Of a stretch of 64,000 nucleotides of DNA, positions 22,137 through 31,858 are shown one piece after another. Below the pieces are notes generated by a model that was given only the letters and a program-made list of their open reading frames with translations, made no database searches and was not told the DNA's origin. Each line of letters starts with the position of its first letter. Within the stretch, counting starts at the first letter, position 1. The stretch spans positions 320,001-384,000 of the forward strand of contig CAWJEN010000005.1 in assembly GCA_963841915.1 (NCBI GenBank), in the 5' to 3' direction. This DNA comes from an uncultured Planctomycetota bacterium (GTDB lineage Bacteria > Planctomycetota > Phycisphaerae > Tepidisphaerales > Tepidisphaeraceae). The translations under genes were made by a program, and so were the position numbers.

Positions 22137-23402
22137 ATGAAGATTGCTGTACCCGCTGCACTGCTCCTCGCCACCGTCGCCTCCGCAAACGGGCCGCAGT
22201 CGGTCTACGAGCAGGACCTGCACGGCCTCGACGAGAAGTTCCTCGGCACCCTTGGCGAAGGCGTGCCCGAAGGCATGCGAGTGCGGGCCGGGTATCGCGT
22301 CGATCTCGTTGCCGACGAACTCGGCGAGGCCCGCTTCATGCAGTTCGGCGACGACGGCACGCTCTACCTCAGCCAGCCCGGTGCCGGAAAGATCATGAGC
22401 CTTCACGACGAAGACGGCGACGGGACCTACGAGACCCGCAAGACGTTTCTCGAAGATGCCGACACCAATCCGCACTCGATGGATTGGCACGACGGTCGTC
22501 TCTGGTACACCGCCAGCAACCCCGGTTATCTTAAAACCGCCCGCGACACAGACGGTGACGGCGTGGCAGACGAAGTCAATGTCATCATCGCCGGTGATCA
22601 GGAGAACGGCATTCCCGGTGGTGGCGGACACGCTTATCGCGGCGTCGTCGTCCAGCCCGATCACGGGCGCGTGCTGATCATGGTGACCGACCCGAGCAAC
22701 ATGACCGTCGAGCTCGATTCGGATCGCAAAACTGTCTACGCCTTCGACCTCGACGGCAAGAACCGTCGTGTCTTTGCGACCGGCCTACGCAATACAGAGA
22801 AGCTTCGCCATCGCATCGACGGCGAAGGCAACCTCGTTGACGAGGTCTGGGGAGCCGATCACGGCAGCGACTGGATCGGAAAGCCCTACGGCGAGAGCGC
22901 GGGCAACCAAAACATCACAGACCTCGGCCCGCCCGACGAATTTAACCGCATCGACGAAGGCAGCTTCTACGGCCACCCGTACCTCATGGCCGACCGCCGC
23001 CCGCGGCCTGAGTACACCGAACGCGAGGACCTGCTCGAACTGGCCGCCAAGACCGTTCCGGCCATGTGGTCCTACGGCGCGCACACGGCCAACAACGGCT
23101 TCTGCTTCCTGCCGACTCAGAGCGGCGAACGCTTCGGCGACGACTTCGTCGGTGACGTCTTCCAAGCCCAGCATGGCAGCTGGAACAGCTCAATCCCGGT
23201 TGGCTACGCAGTCGTGCGGCTGATGTTCGACGATGCCACCGGCCGACCTATGGGCGAGCAGAAGATCGTCGACACGCACACTGGCGAGGACGGCCGCGAG
23301 GGGTTCGTCGCGAGGCCGGTCGATTGCGTCGTCGCCCCCGACGGAACAATCCTGTTCTCGAGCAACGCGACCAAGCAGATCTTCCGCATCTCGCCCGAAT
23401 GA
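22137..23402 (+). CDS. Sorbosone/PQQ-dependent sugar dehydrogenase family beta-propeller protein
   Basis: Signal peptide; DTDGDGVAD, GGGH, FATGLRN, PPDEFN, FYGHPY, HGSWN, RPVD. Confidence 0.85.
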   Translation: MKIAVPAALLLATVASANGPQSVYEQDLHGLDEKFLGTLGEGVPEGMRVRAGYRVDLVADELGEARFMQFGDDGTLYLSQPGAGKIMSLHDEDGDGTYETRKTFLEDADTNPHSMDWHDGRLWYTASNPGYLKTARDTDGDGVADEVNVIIAGDQENGIPGGGGHAYRGVVVQPDHGRVLIMVTDPSNMTVELDSDRKTVYAFDLDGKNRRVFATGLRNTEKLRHRIDGEGNLVDEVWGADHGSDWIGKPYGESAGNQNITDLGPPDEFNRIDEGSFYGHPYLMADRRPRPEYTEREDLLELAAKTVPAMWSYGAHTANNGFCFLPTQSGERFGDDFVGDVFQAQHGSWNSSIPVGYAVVRLMFDDATGRPMGEQKIVDTHTGEDGREGFVARPVDCVVAPDGTILFSSNATKQIFRISPE

Positions 23403-24445
23403 AGATTGTGGTCCCGGTAATGGCCGGTATCGGCAACGCGGTCATGACCGTGCCGATGGTCAGGCGACTGGCGGCGGCGGGTGATGATGTCGTCGTCGAA
23501 GCCGGCTCGGCCGCGATAGCTGACGTTTTTCAGCGGCTTGATGAAGTCACGCAAGTCCTCACGCTCCCGAAAGACGCTGCCAAGCGCCTTGAGGTGCACC
23601 GCAGCTTGTCCGGCGACGTCTACGTCGTGCCGTTCCCGAGCAACCGCTGGCAGTACACGCTGCTGGCGGCAACGGCACGCTGCGAGCGTGTTGTGATGCA
23701 CAGCTACCCCTGCGGGCGATGGCGGACCGGCCGGGCGATGTTGAGGCGGGCTGACTTCGTCCCGGCGCTTCGCGGCATCCACGATGTGCACCAGAATCTT
23801 CGTCTCACCGCTCAGGTCAGCGCGCCGCTGCACTGGGACGATGCGGCCGATCATGCGGCAGACACGCCGATCTTCCGCGAGACCGAGGGCGTCGACACAT
23901 TGCCTGGTAACACCATCGTGGTGCAGGCCGGATGCGGAAACACCACCGTCGGCCGCGTTAAGCGACTTCCCGACGACACGTGGTGCAGCATTATTGCAGG
24001 ACTTCAGAAGCGAGGCTTGAACGTCTGCGTCGTCGAAGGACCCGACGAGCAAGGCGTTGGCGAGCGAATAGCTTCAGGCTGCTCGACGCCCCCGGCCGTG
24101 TGGCCATTGCTGGGCACGCTCGGCGAGTCGGCTGCGTTGTTGAAGCAGGCGATGATGTTCATCGGAACCGACTCCGGCCTCGCCCATGTCGCCGCAGCTG
24201 TGGGCAGGCCGGCAGTGACTGTGTTCGCCGCTGCCGATCCCGATCGTGTCTGCCCTTTCGGATGCCGTGACCTCGTCGTCACGCCTCCACCTGTCGACGG
24301 CAAAACGTGGTCGCCACGTCTGCTGTACCCGATGGATTACCCGGCGCCAAAGCTGCGGCAGGACGGCATCGACTGGGCAAAGCACATTCGCTCGCAAGAC
24401 GTCCTTGCGAAAGTTGACGTAGCGATGAAGCGGTCAGCGTCCTGA
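23399..24445 (+). CDS. Glycosyltransferase family 9 (heptosyltransferase-like)
   Basis: AGIGNAVMTVP, FIGTDSGLAHVAAAVG; ATGA overlap with upstream gene. Confidence 0.88.
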   Translation: MKIVVPVMAGIGNAVMTVPMVRRLAAAGDDVVVEAGSAAIADVFQRLDEVTQVLTLPKDAAKRLEVHRSLSGDVYVVPFPSNRWQYTLLAATARCERVVMHSYPCGRWRTGRAMLRRADFVPALRGIHDVHQNLRLTAQVSAPLHWDDAADHAADTPIFRETEGVDTLPGNTIVVQAGCGNTTVGRVKRLPDDTWCSIIAGLQKRGLNVCVVEGPDEQGVGERIASGCSTPPAVWPLLGTLGESAALLKQAMMFIGTDSGLAHVAAAVGRPAVTVFAAADPDRVCPFGCRDLVVTPPPVDGKTWSPRLLYPMDYPAPKLRQDGIDWAKHIRSQDVLAKVDVAMKRSAS

Positions 24446-24484
24446 AGACTGTGTCGCTTCCGCCGCAACCGGACGCGAGCCAGT

Positions 24485-25528
<1,044 letters not shown>

Positions 25529-25712
25529 CCGTCACGGTACGCGGCTCGTGAAGACAACCAAGATCAGCCTGCGAAGATCGCCTCGTGCCTTTGGCCTGTT
25601 GCGGCGACGCGCCCGCCCGATAGTGGTAGAAACCCGCCTACAACAGCGAAATCCTGTCCGGCTGGTGCGGGAACTTCGCAAGGGATTGAAAAATGTTCCT
25701 TGTTGTGACGTC

Positions 25713-25789
25713 CCACATTTGCGGGGTGTAAGCTGTGGTCCCCCCACCCGGCCGGGTCTTTGCATTCGTGCGAAGGCCCGGTCTTTTTT
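25713..25789 (+). ncRNA. Candidate C-rich small RNA, copy 1 (5' end uncertain)
   Basis: CCCCCCACCC followed by a 15-bp stem with TTCG loop and T6; + strand terminator with no + strand CDS upstream; same layout at 62778-62825. Confidence 0.5.
25750..25789 (+). terminator. Intrinsic terminator
   Basis: GGCCGGGTCTTTGCA-TTCG-TGCGAAGGCCCGGTC-TTTTTT. Confidence 0.8.
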
Positions 25790-25794
25790 GGGGC

Positions 25795-26619
25795 TTAGTC
25801 CGGAGCTTCGAGCTCCGTCCTAATCCGAGCGATCCTGTCATGCTCGTCCACCGGATTTTCGGCCAGCATGGACGTCGGTCCCATGTCGATCCAGTAGACC
25901 TTTGTCACCTGGTCGCCGGTCGGACGGACCTCAACGATCGTGCCCCTCATATTATGAATCACCTTTTCGCCCTCCACTTTCTGGACCGTGGCGAATTCCT
26001 TCAGCTCGACCTCATGAGTCGGCCTTACGAAGTACGACCGGCCGGCGTGCGTCTGAGCCAGCGGTGTCCACCTACCCGGCTGGACGGTCAATGTGATGTC
26101 GGTCGAGAAGTACGGTGCCACGCCAGACTGAGCGTCCTCATCCTCAGCATCCGTCCGGCCGAGCCCACCGAGAAGAAGCAACGCGACAAGCGTCAACGAC
26201 GCCATTCCACCCCCCACTGCCGCGGCCCCGCGAACGCTTGACACCCGCTGCACTTGCGCCGCCAGCCACTTCGACAATCCGGGGCCAGAGATGTTCGTGA
26301 CGTACAGATGTTCGACCGACATGTGCGACGCTGTCGACTCTAATGCACCTTTGACTTCTGCACCGTTTGACACGGTGCGAGACGAAGATCGCGGCGTGAT
26401 ATATAAGGCCATCAGCTCACCTCTCGAGCCGACACCGTGGAGCTTGTACACCTCCTTGATGTGGTCATTGGCCGTGTAGTAGCTGATGTTTAGAGCTTTG
26501 GCCGCCTCACGGCGACTGTCGCCAAGCAGAAGGCGGTCCAGCACCTCCTCCTGGCGAGGCGTCATTTGAGGTGCCTCCTCACCGTCTAGCTGCACTGAAC
26601 CGTTCTTCTGGCTACTCAT
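25795..26619 (-). CDS. LuxR-type HTH protein with one TM helix and an unknown C-terminal domain
   Basis: MTPRQEEVLDRLLLG..AAKALNISYYTANDHIKEVYKLHGV; hydrophobic MASLTLVALLLLGGLG. Confidence 0.75.
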   Translation of the reverse strand: MSSQKNGSVQLDGEEAPQMTPRQEEVLDRLLLGDSRREAAKALNISYYTANDHIKEVYKLHGVGSRGELMALYITPRSSSRTVSNGAEVKGALESTASHMSVEHLYVTNISGPGLSKWLAAQVQRVSSVRGAAAVGGGMASLTLVALLLLGGLGRTDAEDEDAQSGVAPYFSTDITLTVQPGRWTPLAQTHAGRSYFVRPTHEVELKEFATVQKVEGEKVIHNMRGTIVEVRPTGDQVTKVYWIDMGPTSMLAENPVDEHDRIARIRTELEAPD

Positions 26620-26674
26620 AGATGCATCAAATTGCAGCGATGATTCTTCGATGCAAGCGTTCGACAGGCGGCTT

Positions 26675-27601
26675 CTAAAACGCCGGGAACTTAATCTTGA
26701 GCATTTCTCTTCTGAACTCGGAATCGTAAAGTTCGTCGTTCTGCAGCCGCCCCTTCTTTAGTGCCACGACGCCTCCGTCGGCACGGGCGACATTACACCG
26801 GCCGTTTCGAAACCGGGCGGGCATGAGCAGGGCTAGGTCCGTTTGAGCCGTCAGCGGCGTTGCAAAGTCCCGGTCGTTGCTCCTGCCCCAAATCTCATCG
26901 TCAAAAATTCGGATCGAGAGCCTCGACGCCAGGAGAGGATCAGCGGCGACAGGATCATCCCTGTCGCGATCCCGATACCGAGCATGCACCGTGTTTCGCC
27001 CGGAGTACGCGCCGAAGGCCAAGCCATCATCAACGCCGGACAAGCTGACCGCCGTCGCCATGGAAGCCCCGAGTTCAAGCTTTTCGTTCGCATACGAGGC
27101 ACTCGACCAGAACAACGCATTGTCCGGGTAAAGTCGCGTAAACTTTGCTGGTATCTTCTCGACCTCACGGTGCTGCGTGTTCCGGACTTTGAAGAGTAGC
27201 GGCGCGGGCATGGCAATCGGGTTGGCCCCGTAGCCGGGCGTGCTGGCGTCGTCACTGCCAGGTGCGCGAAACAAGTCATTTGTCCCGTTGTCATTCCCTT
27301 GCCACCGCGCGAGAAGGTCTGCCCAACTGCCGGCGATGACATCGAGGTACAGAAACTCGTCGGTCATGCGACCATTGGCATCGAGAGCGACAAGACCAAA
27401 GGGGAGCGAGTTGCGGTTCTCACTTGCATAACCGGCAGCAGTTGCATTGATCTGCCGAAGGTTGAAGGCATCGGCGGTGGCACGCGCAGCAGCTATTGCT
27501 CGCGAGAGCGTCGGCAACAGAATCCCGACCAGCAACGCGATCATGCCGACGACCACGAGGAGCTCGACGAGCGTGAACGCTCGAGGGGTGTGACGACGCA
27601 T
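26675..27601 (-). CDS. Prepilin-type N-terminal cleavage protein (planctomycete DUF1559-like)
   Basis: RAFTLVELLVVVGMIALLVGILLPTL; NLRQI; C-terminal CNVARADG. Confidence 0.85.
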   Translation of the reverse strand: MRRHTPRAFTLVELLVVVGMIALLVGILLPTLSRAIAAARATADAFNLRQINATAAGYASENRNSLPFGLVALDANGRMTDEFLYLDVIAGSWADLLARWQGNDNGTNDLFRAPGSDDASTPGYGANPIAMPAPLLFKVRNTQHREVEKIPAKFTRLYPDNALFWSSASYANEKLELGASMATAVSLSGVDDGLAFGAYSGRNTVHARYRDRDRDDPVAADPLLASRLSIRIFDDEIWGRSNDRDFATPLTAQTDLALLMPARFRNGRCNVARADGGVVALKKGRLQNDELYDSEFRREMLKIKFPAF

Positions 27602-27603
27602 GC

Positions 27604-28199
27604 TCAGATTCTGCGGCGACGAAGGAGCAACCCGCCAGCGACGGCCGCTGCGGTGGCCGTTGCTGGTTCGGGAACGATGCCGACCTGTGCTTGGCCCGGG
27701 CCGCTGATCGAGCCGTCGTAGGTGCCGTTGTCGATAGGTGTCACCCCTGCCTGCACCAGCACGTACTGCGTGTCCGCCGCAAGCATGACGTCGGTCTGAC
27801 TGGGCCCAATGACGCTGTCGTTTGTCACGCCCGTGTACGCGATGAGGCCGCTGTCGGGCATTACCGCGTCGGATACCTCCTCGTAGAGGGCAACGCGCCG
27901 TCCCAAGGAAAGCTGGCCGAAGGAACGTCTGTGACAGTCAGTACATTGTACACCCCATCGACATTCACGAAGAATGGCTGCACGTCGTAGCCGACATCTT
28001 GATTGCTCGGCCCAACGTCAAAGCCGGTGACGAATGGTCGATCAAAAGTTGGCCCGAACGCTGAAACGCTGCCGCTGAACTCCAGCACTCCTGCAATGGA
28101 AGTGGCCGCGGTGGCGAGAATGATGGCTGAGATGAGGGTGGGCTTCCAGGGATGAATTATGCAATGGTCGAAGAGGTGGCAGAGACCATAACGATTCAC
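27604..28199 (-). pseudogene. PEP-CTERM protein split by a 1-nt frameshift near 27895 (pseudogene or assembly error)
   Basis: Signal peptide and N-terminal half in ORF 27861-28199; VPEP-TM-RRRR half in ORF 27604-27906; adding one base gives WDGAVALYEE. Confidence 0.75.
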
Positions 28200-28226
28200 C
28201 TCTACGAATGCCAGTGTGATTCAGCC

Positions 28227-29192
28227 TTATGGCCTTGACTCGTCGGTTACATCTTTCACGGTCACTGCCGGGTGCAGCGTTTCATGCACGCGTTCGCCGA
28301 ACAGCGTCCCGTGGACGGGGCTCGTGTCACGCCAGAATCGCCCCACTGCCAGCCGCACGTGATCGAGTCGCGGCAGGACGCCGTTGGTCGGGTCGAAGCT
28401 CTTCCAGCCGACGTTGGGCAGATACAACTGGACCCAGGCGTGCGTTGCGTCACTAGGCGCACGACTGGCCGCTGCCCCAGTTGCCAAGCCTGCCTGCTCG
28501 CTGTTGCCGGTGTACAAGTAGCCACACACGTACCGGGCTGGCACCCGGATCAGACGGGCGAGGCTGATGAACAACCCTGCAAAGTCCTGACAGACGCCTC
28601 GCTTACTTTCAAACACCTCGTACGGCGTTGTCGCGTTGCTCGTCGAACCGGTGACGTACTCAAAGTCGTTGAAGATCGCCAGATTTATGGCGAACAGCGC
28701 CTCGACAAGATCAGCCTTGGCGTTGCTTACAAAGCTCATCGCGTACTCGAAAAGCTCCTCAATCTGTGTGTCGGGCAGCTCTAGGCTTTGCAGGTAAGAC
28801 GACAATGCCAACCGCTCACGCGGCATCCAGTTCAACGGCACCGTCGGCCGCTTTGGGACGAGCTGCATCTCGAACGGGTCGTAATCCGGCAGCGAGACTC
28901 GGCTGGCCGAGGCGATCTCGAGCTTTTGGTATGGCCCCTCGACCTCGAACCGCAAAGCGTTGTTGCCAAACGCATCCTCGTACTCGATGACGTCAATCGT
29001 TCGAGCGTCGTCTGCCGTCACCGTGAGGCGGTGGGCAAGTAGCGTCTGGAACCGATCATGGATTGGACGGAGGTGGCCTTGGTGAACGCTTCGCTCGACT
29101 GGCTTGTCGTACTCGTAGGTGGTGGCGTGCGTGACGGAGAGGACGCGGTCTTGTTGCATGGGTGGGACCGCGGAGTATGGCACCGTCGCCAC
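28227..29192 (-). CDS. Transglutaminase family protein
   Basis: HATTYEY; GVCQDF / THAWVQ / FDPTN; GRFWRDTSP. Confidence 0.9.
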   Translation of the reverse strand: MATVPYSAVPPMQQDRVLSVTHATTYEYDKPVERSVHQGHLRPIHDRFQTLLAHRLTVTADDARTIDVIEYEDAFGNNALRFEVEGPYQKLEIASASRVSLPDYDPFEMQLVPKRPTVPLNWMPRERLALSSYLQSLELPDTQIEELFEYAMSFVSNAKADLVEALFAINLAIFNDFEYVTGSTSNATTPYEVFESKRGVCQDFAGLFISLARLIRVPARYVCGYLYTGNSEQAGLATGAAASRAPSDATHAWVQLYLPNVGWKSFDPTNGVLPRLDHVRLAVGRFWRDTSPVHGTLFGERVHETLHPAVTVKDVTDESRP

Positions 29193-29224
29193 CTGGTGCG
29201 AAGCAGCAAAACAATCGATTCACC

Positions 29225-30241
29225 TCAGCCGGCGAAGTAGCGACGCTGCAAGGCAGCGTTGACCTGCGCGACCATGTGCCGAATGTCGGTAACGAACGTG
29301 TCGATCCCGATGGCTGCCACGTCGGCCGGTTCGGTATATTCGAGCCGGGCCGACATCTGACCGAGCAACCGCTCTGCGGGATCGATCGCCCCGCCGGCCA
29401 CGCTGCCGCTGCTTCGTCGGATCCGCTTCACCGCCCGCGTCGCGCCGTCAATGCTGTACCGCACCGTTCGCGGGTGCTCACTGCGCAGCAACAGGAACGC
29501 CGTCACCTGGCGCAGGTCGAGGTCGGTTGGGTGTTGCTGCCGGTAAGCCTCGATGCTGCAGCACATCCGAAGCGCCGCCATCAGCTGAATGTTGCGTAAC
29601 GGCGTCTCGAGCCTGTTACCCGCCTCCTCGAGGAACTTCGACCGGGCCGACACGATGCGGCACGTTGCATCCGCCCGCTCGAGTTGCCGACCGACAAGCG
29701 CGAAATCCCAACGCTGCCCGTGTGCCAGCGTTTGATCGGTCATGCCCTGGAACAGCATCGACCCGCGGATGACGTGGTCGAAAAGACTCTCCGTCGAGTC
29801 GCTCAGCATCGTCTCGGCCCCCTTGCCGTGGAGAGACCAGTAGAGCTCATTGATGAGCTGCCACATCTCTTCGCTGATTTCGCCGCGAACGCTGCGGGCA
29901 TTCTCGCGGGCCTTGGCGATGCTGGCGACGATGCCGGTGTCGGGCTCGAAGATGAGCTGCTGAATGCACGCATCGCCCGCGTTGCCGACCTCGAACTCCT
30001 CGGGTTCGGGCACGTCGAACGCCTCGAGCAATCCGAGCCACAAGCGGTCGCGGAGGTCGTCACCCATGTCGCCAGCGTCGAATGTCATGTCACCGGTCGC
30101 CATAGCGACGCGGGCCAGGTGCTCGGCCCGCTCGACGTATCTGGCGCACCAGAAAACGCTTTCAGCCACGCGCGAGAGCAACGGCCTTCCGGCAAGATTC
30201 ACAGGATCAATCGAGCCGTTTCTGGGCATGAGCAAAGTCAT
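29225..30241 (-). CDS. Alpha-E domain protein (DUF403-like)
   Basis: LLSRVAESVFWCARYVERAE, ARENARSVR, GRQLERAD (two ER motifs). Confidence 0.92.
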   Translation of the reverse strand: MTLLMPRNGSIDPVNLAGRPLLSRVAESVFWCARYVERAEHLARVAMATGDMTFDAGDMGDDLRDRLWLGLLEAFDVPEPEEFEVGNAGDACIQQLIFEPDTGIVASIAKARENARSVRGEISEEMWQLINELYWSLHGKGAETMLSDSTESLFDHVIRGSMLFQGMTDQTLAHGQRWDFALVGRQLERADATCRIVSARSKFLEEAGNRLETPLRNIQLMAALRMCCSIEAYRQQHPTDLDLRQVTAFLLLRSEHPRTVRYSIDGATRAVKRIRRSSGSVAGGAIDPAERLLGQMSARLEYTEPADVAAIGIDTFVTDIRHMVAQVNAALQRRYFAG

Positions 30242-31782
30242 TGCAGTACCTCCTTGGCTGCGACGTCAAGGTCGTCAGCTGCGTTGTCATCGTCGAGGAC
30301 CCACGTGTCCTTGCTCCCGCCGCCCTGACTGGAGTTGACGACGAGGCTGCCTTCGCGAAGCGCCACACGCGTCAGCCCGCCGGGCATGATCTTGACGTTA
30401 AAGCCACCCGAGCCGTCGGGGCTCGTGAGGATGTAAGGCCTCAAGTCGACCCGCCTCCCACGCCACTGTCCTTCGGGCGTCAGCGACGGGTGTTGACTCA
30501 GCTGCACGACCGGTTGGGCGATGAAGTTGCGCGGGTCGTCCTTGATCTTCTCGGCGTAGATCTCGCACTCCTCCTTCGTCGCCTGAAAGCCCATGTGCAG
30601 GCCGTAACCACCCGCCTCGTTAGTCGGCTTGACAACAAGCTCGTGCAGGTGCTCCAGGACGTACTTCCGATCGTCTTCGCGGCCGCACAGGTAGGTTGGC
30701 ACGTTGTCCAGAATCGGCTCCTGATCAAGGTAGAACCTGATCATCTCCGGCACAAATGGGTACACCGCCTTGTCGTCAGCGACACCTGCACCGGGCGCGT
30801 TGACGATGTTGACGTGGCCTGTTCGCAGGCAGTTCATGATGCCCGGCACGCCCAGCGAGCTGTCGGGCCTGAAGCAAAGTGGGTCGAGATAATCGTCGTC
30901 GATCCGCCGATAGATGACATCGACGCGACGCAGACCTGCAACCGTTCGCATGTAGACAAAATTGTCTCTGACGACCAGGTCGCGACCCTCGACGAGCTCG
31001 ACGCCCATCTGCCGAGCCAGGAAGCCGTGCTCGAAGTAGGCACTGTTGTAGATGCCGGGCGTCAGCACGACGACCGTCGGATCGTCTGCACCGTCAGGTG
31101 CACTGGCCCGAAGTGTCGCCCGCAGGTCGTACGGATAGTTCTCGACGGATCGCACGCGGTGACGCCCGAACAGCGTCGGCAGCACGCGCTTCATGACCGC
31201 GCGATTCTCCAGGACATAGCTCACGCCGCTGGGGCTTCGGCAGTTGTCTTCGAGGACTTTGTATCCGTCGGCATCGCGGATGAGGTCGCTGCCGCAAATG
31301 TGCACGTAGACGTCGCCCGGCATCCTGACGCCGAGCATCTCACGGCGGAACAGCTTGGCGGCGAGGATCAGCTTCGGCGGAACCTTGCGCTCTTTGAGGA
31401 TCTTCTGCTCGCCGTACACGTCGGCAATGAACAGGTTGAGCGCGATGATGCGCTGCTCGAGGCCCTTCTCGATGTGAGCCCACTCGCGACCGGGAATGAG
31501 CCGCGGCGCGAGGTCGAAGGGCATCGTCCGTTCGATGCCGCCGGTCCCCTTGGCCTCGTCGTAGACGGTGAATGTGATGCCCTGGTTGCGGAAGGACATC
31601 TCTGCCATCCGCTGGCGGCGTTCCAGCGACGGACCATCAAGTTGGAGCAAGCGATCGTAAACTTGCTCGTAGTGTGGCCGTGGGACTGGGCCACCGTCCT
31701 GCTCGTCGAACATCTCGTCGTAGATGCCGTCCGTCGCGTAACCGGAGAAACTGGGAGATGGTGAAGCGGTCGTGTCTGACAT
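30238..31782 (-). CDS. Circularly permuted type 2 ATP-grasp protein
   Basis: YDEM, GITF, VLEDNCRSPSGVSYVLENR, NSAYFEH, YRRIDDDYLDP, PGGLTRVAL, VVNSSQGGGSKDTWV. Confidence 0.95.
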   Translation of the reverse strand: MSDTTASPSPSFSGYATDGIYDEMFDEQDGGPVPRPHYEQVYDRLLQLDGPSLERRQRMAEMSFRNQGITFTVYDEAKGTGGIERTMPFDLAPRLIPGREWAHIEKGLEQRIIALNLFIADVYGEQKILKERKVPPKLILAAKLFRREMLGVRMPGDVYVHICGSDLIRDADGYKVLEDNCRSPSGVSYVLENRAVMKRVLPTLFGRHRVRSVENYPYDLRATLRASAPDGADDPTVVVLTPGIYNSAYFEHGFLARQMGVELVEGRDLVVRDNFVYMRTVAGLRRVDVIYRRIDDDYLDPLCFRPDSSLGVPGIMNCLRTGHVNIVNAPGAGVADDKAVYPFVPEMIRFYLDQEPILDNVPTYLCGREDDRKYVLEHLHELVVKPTNEAGGYGLHMGFQATKEECEIYAEKIKDDPRNFIAQPVVQLSQHPSLTPEGQWRGRRVDLRPYILTSPDGSGGFNVKIMPGGLTRVALREGSLVVNSSQGGGSKDTWVLDDDNAADDLDVAAKEVLQ

Positions 31783-31858
31783 GCGGCGGCGAACCGTAGG
31801 GCAGGTCAGGCCTCTCCTCCGAATTCACCACGCATCTGCATCGGGACACTTGCCCTTG

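Noticed and set aside
25540..28226. Cassette as a mobile element
   Set aside because: No transposase, integrase, terminal repeats or target-site duplication seen
30241..31764. 507-aa + strand ORF opposite the ATP-grasp gene, and similar long antisense ORFs (16459-17427, 33342-34451, 38440-39474, 42726-43856, 45265-46278)
   Set aside because: Expected shadows of high-GC codon usage opposite well-supported genes
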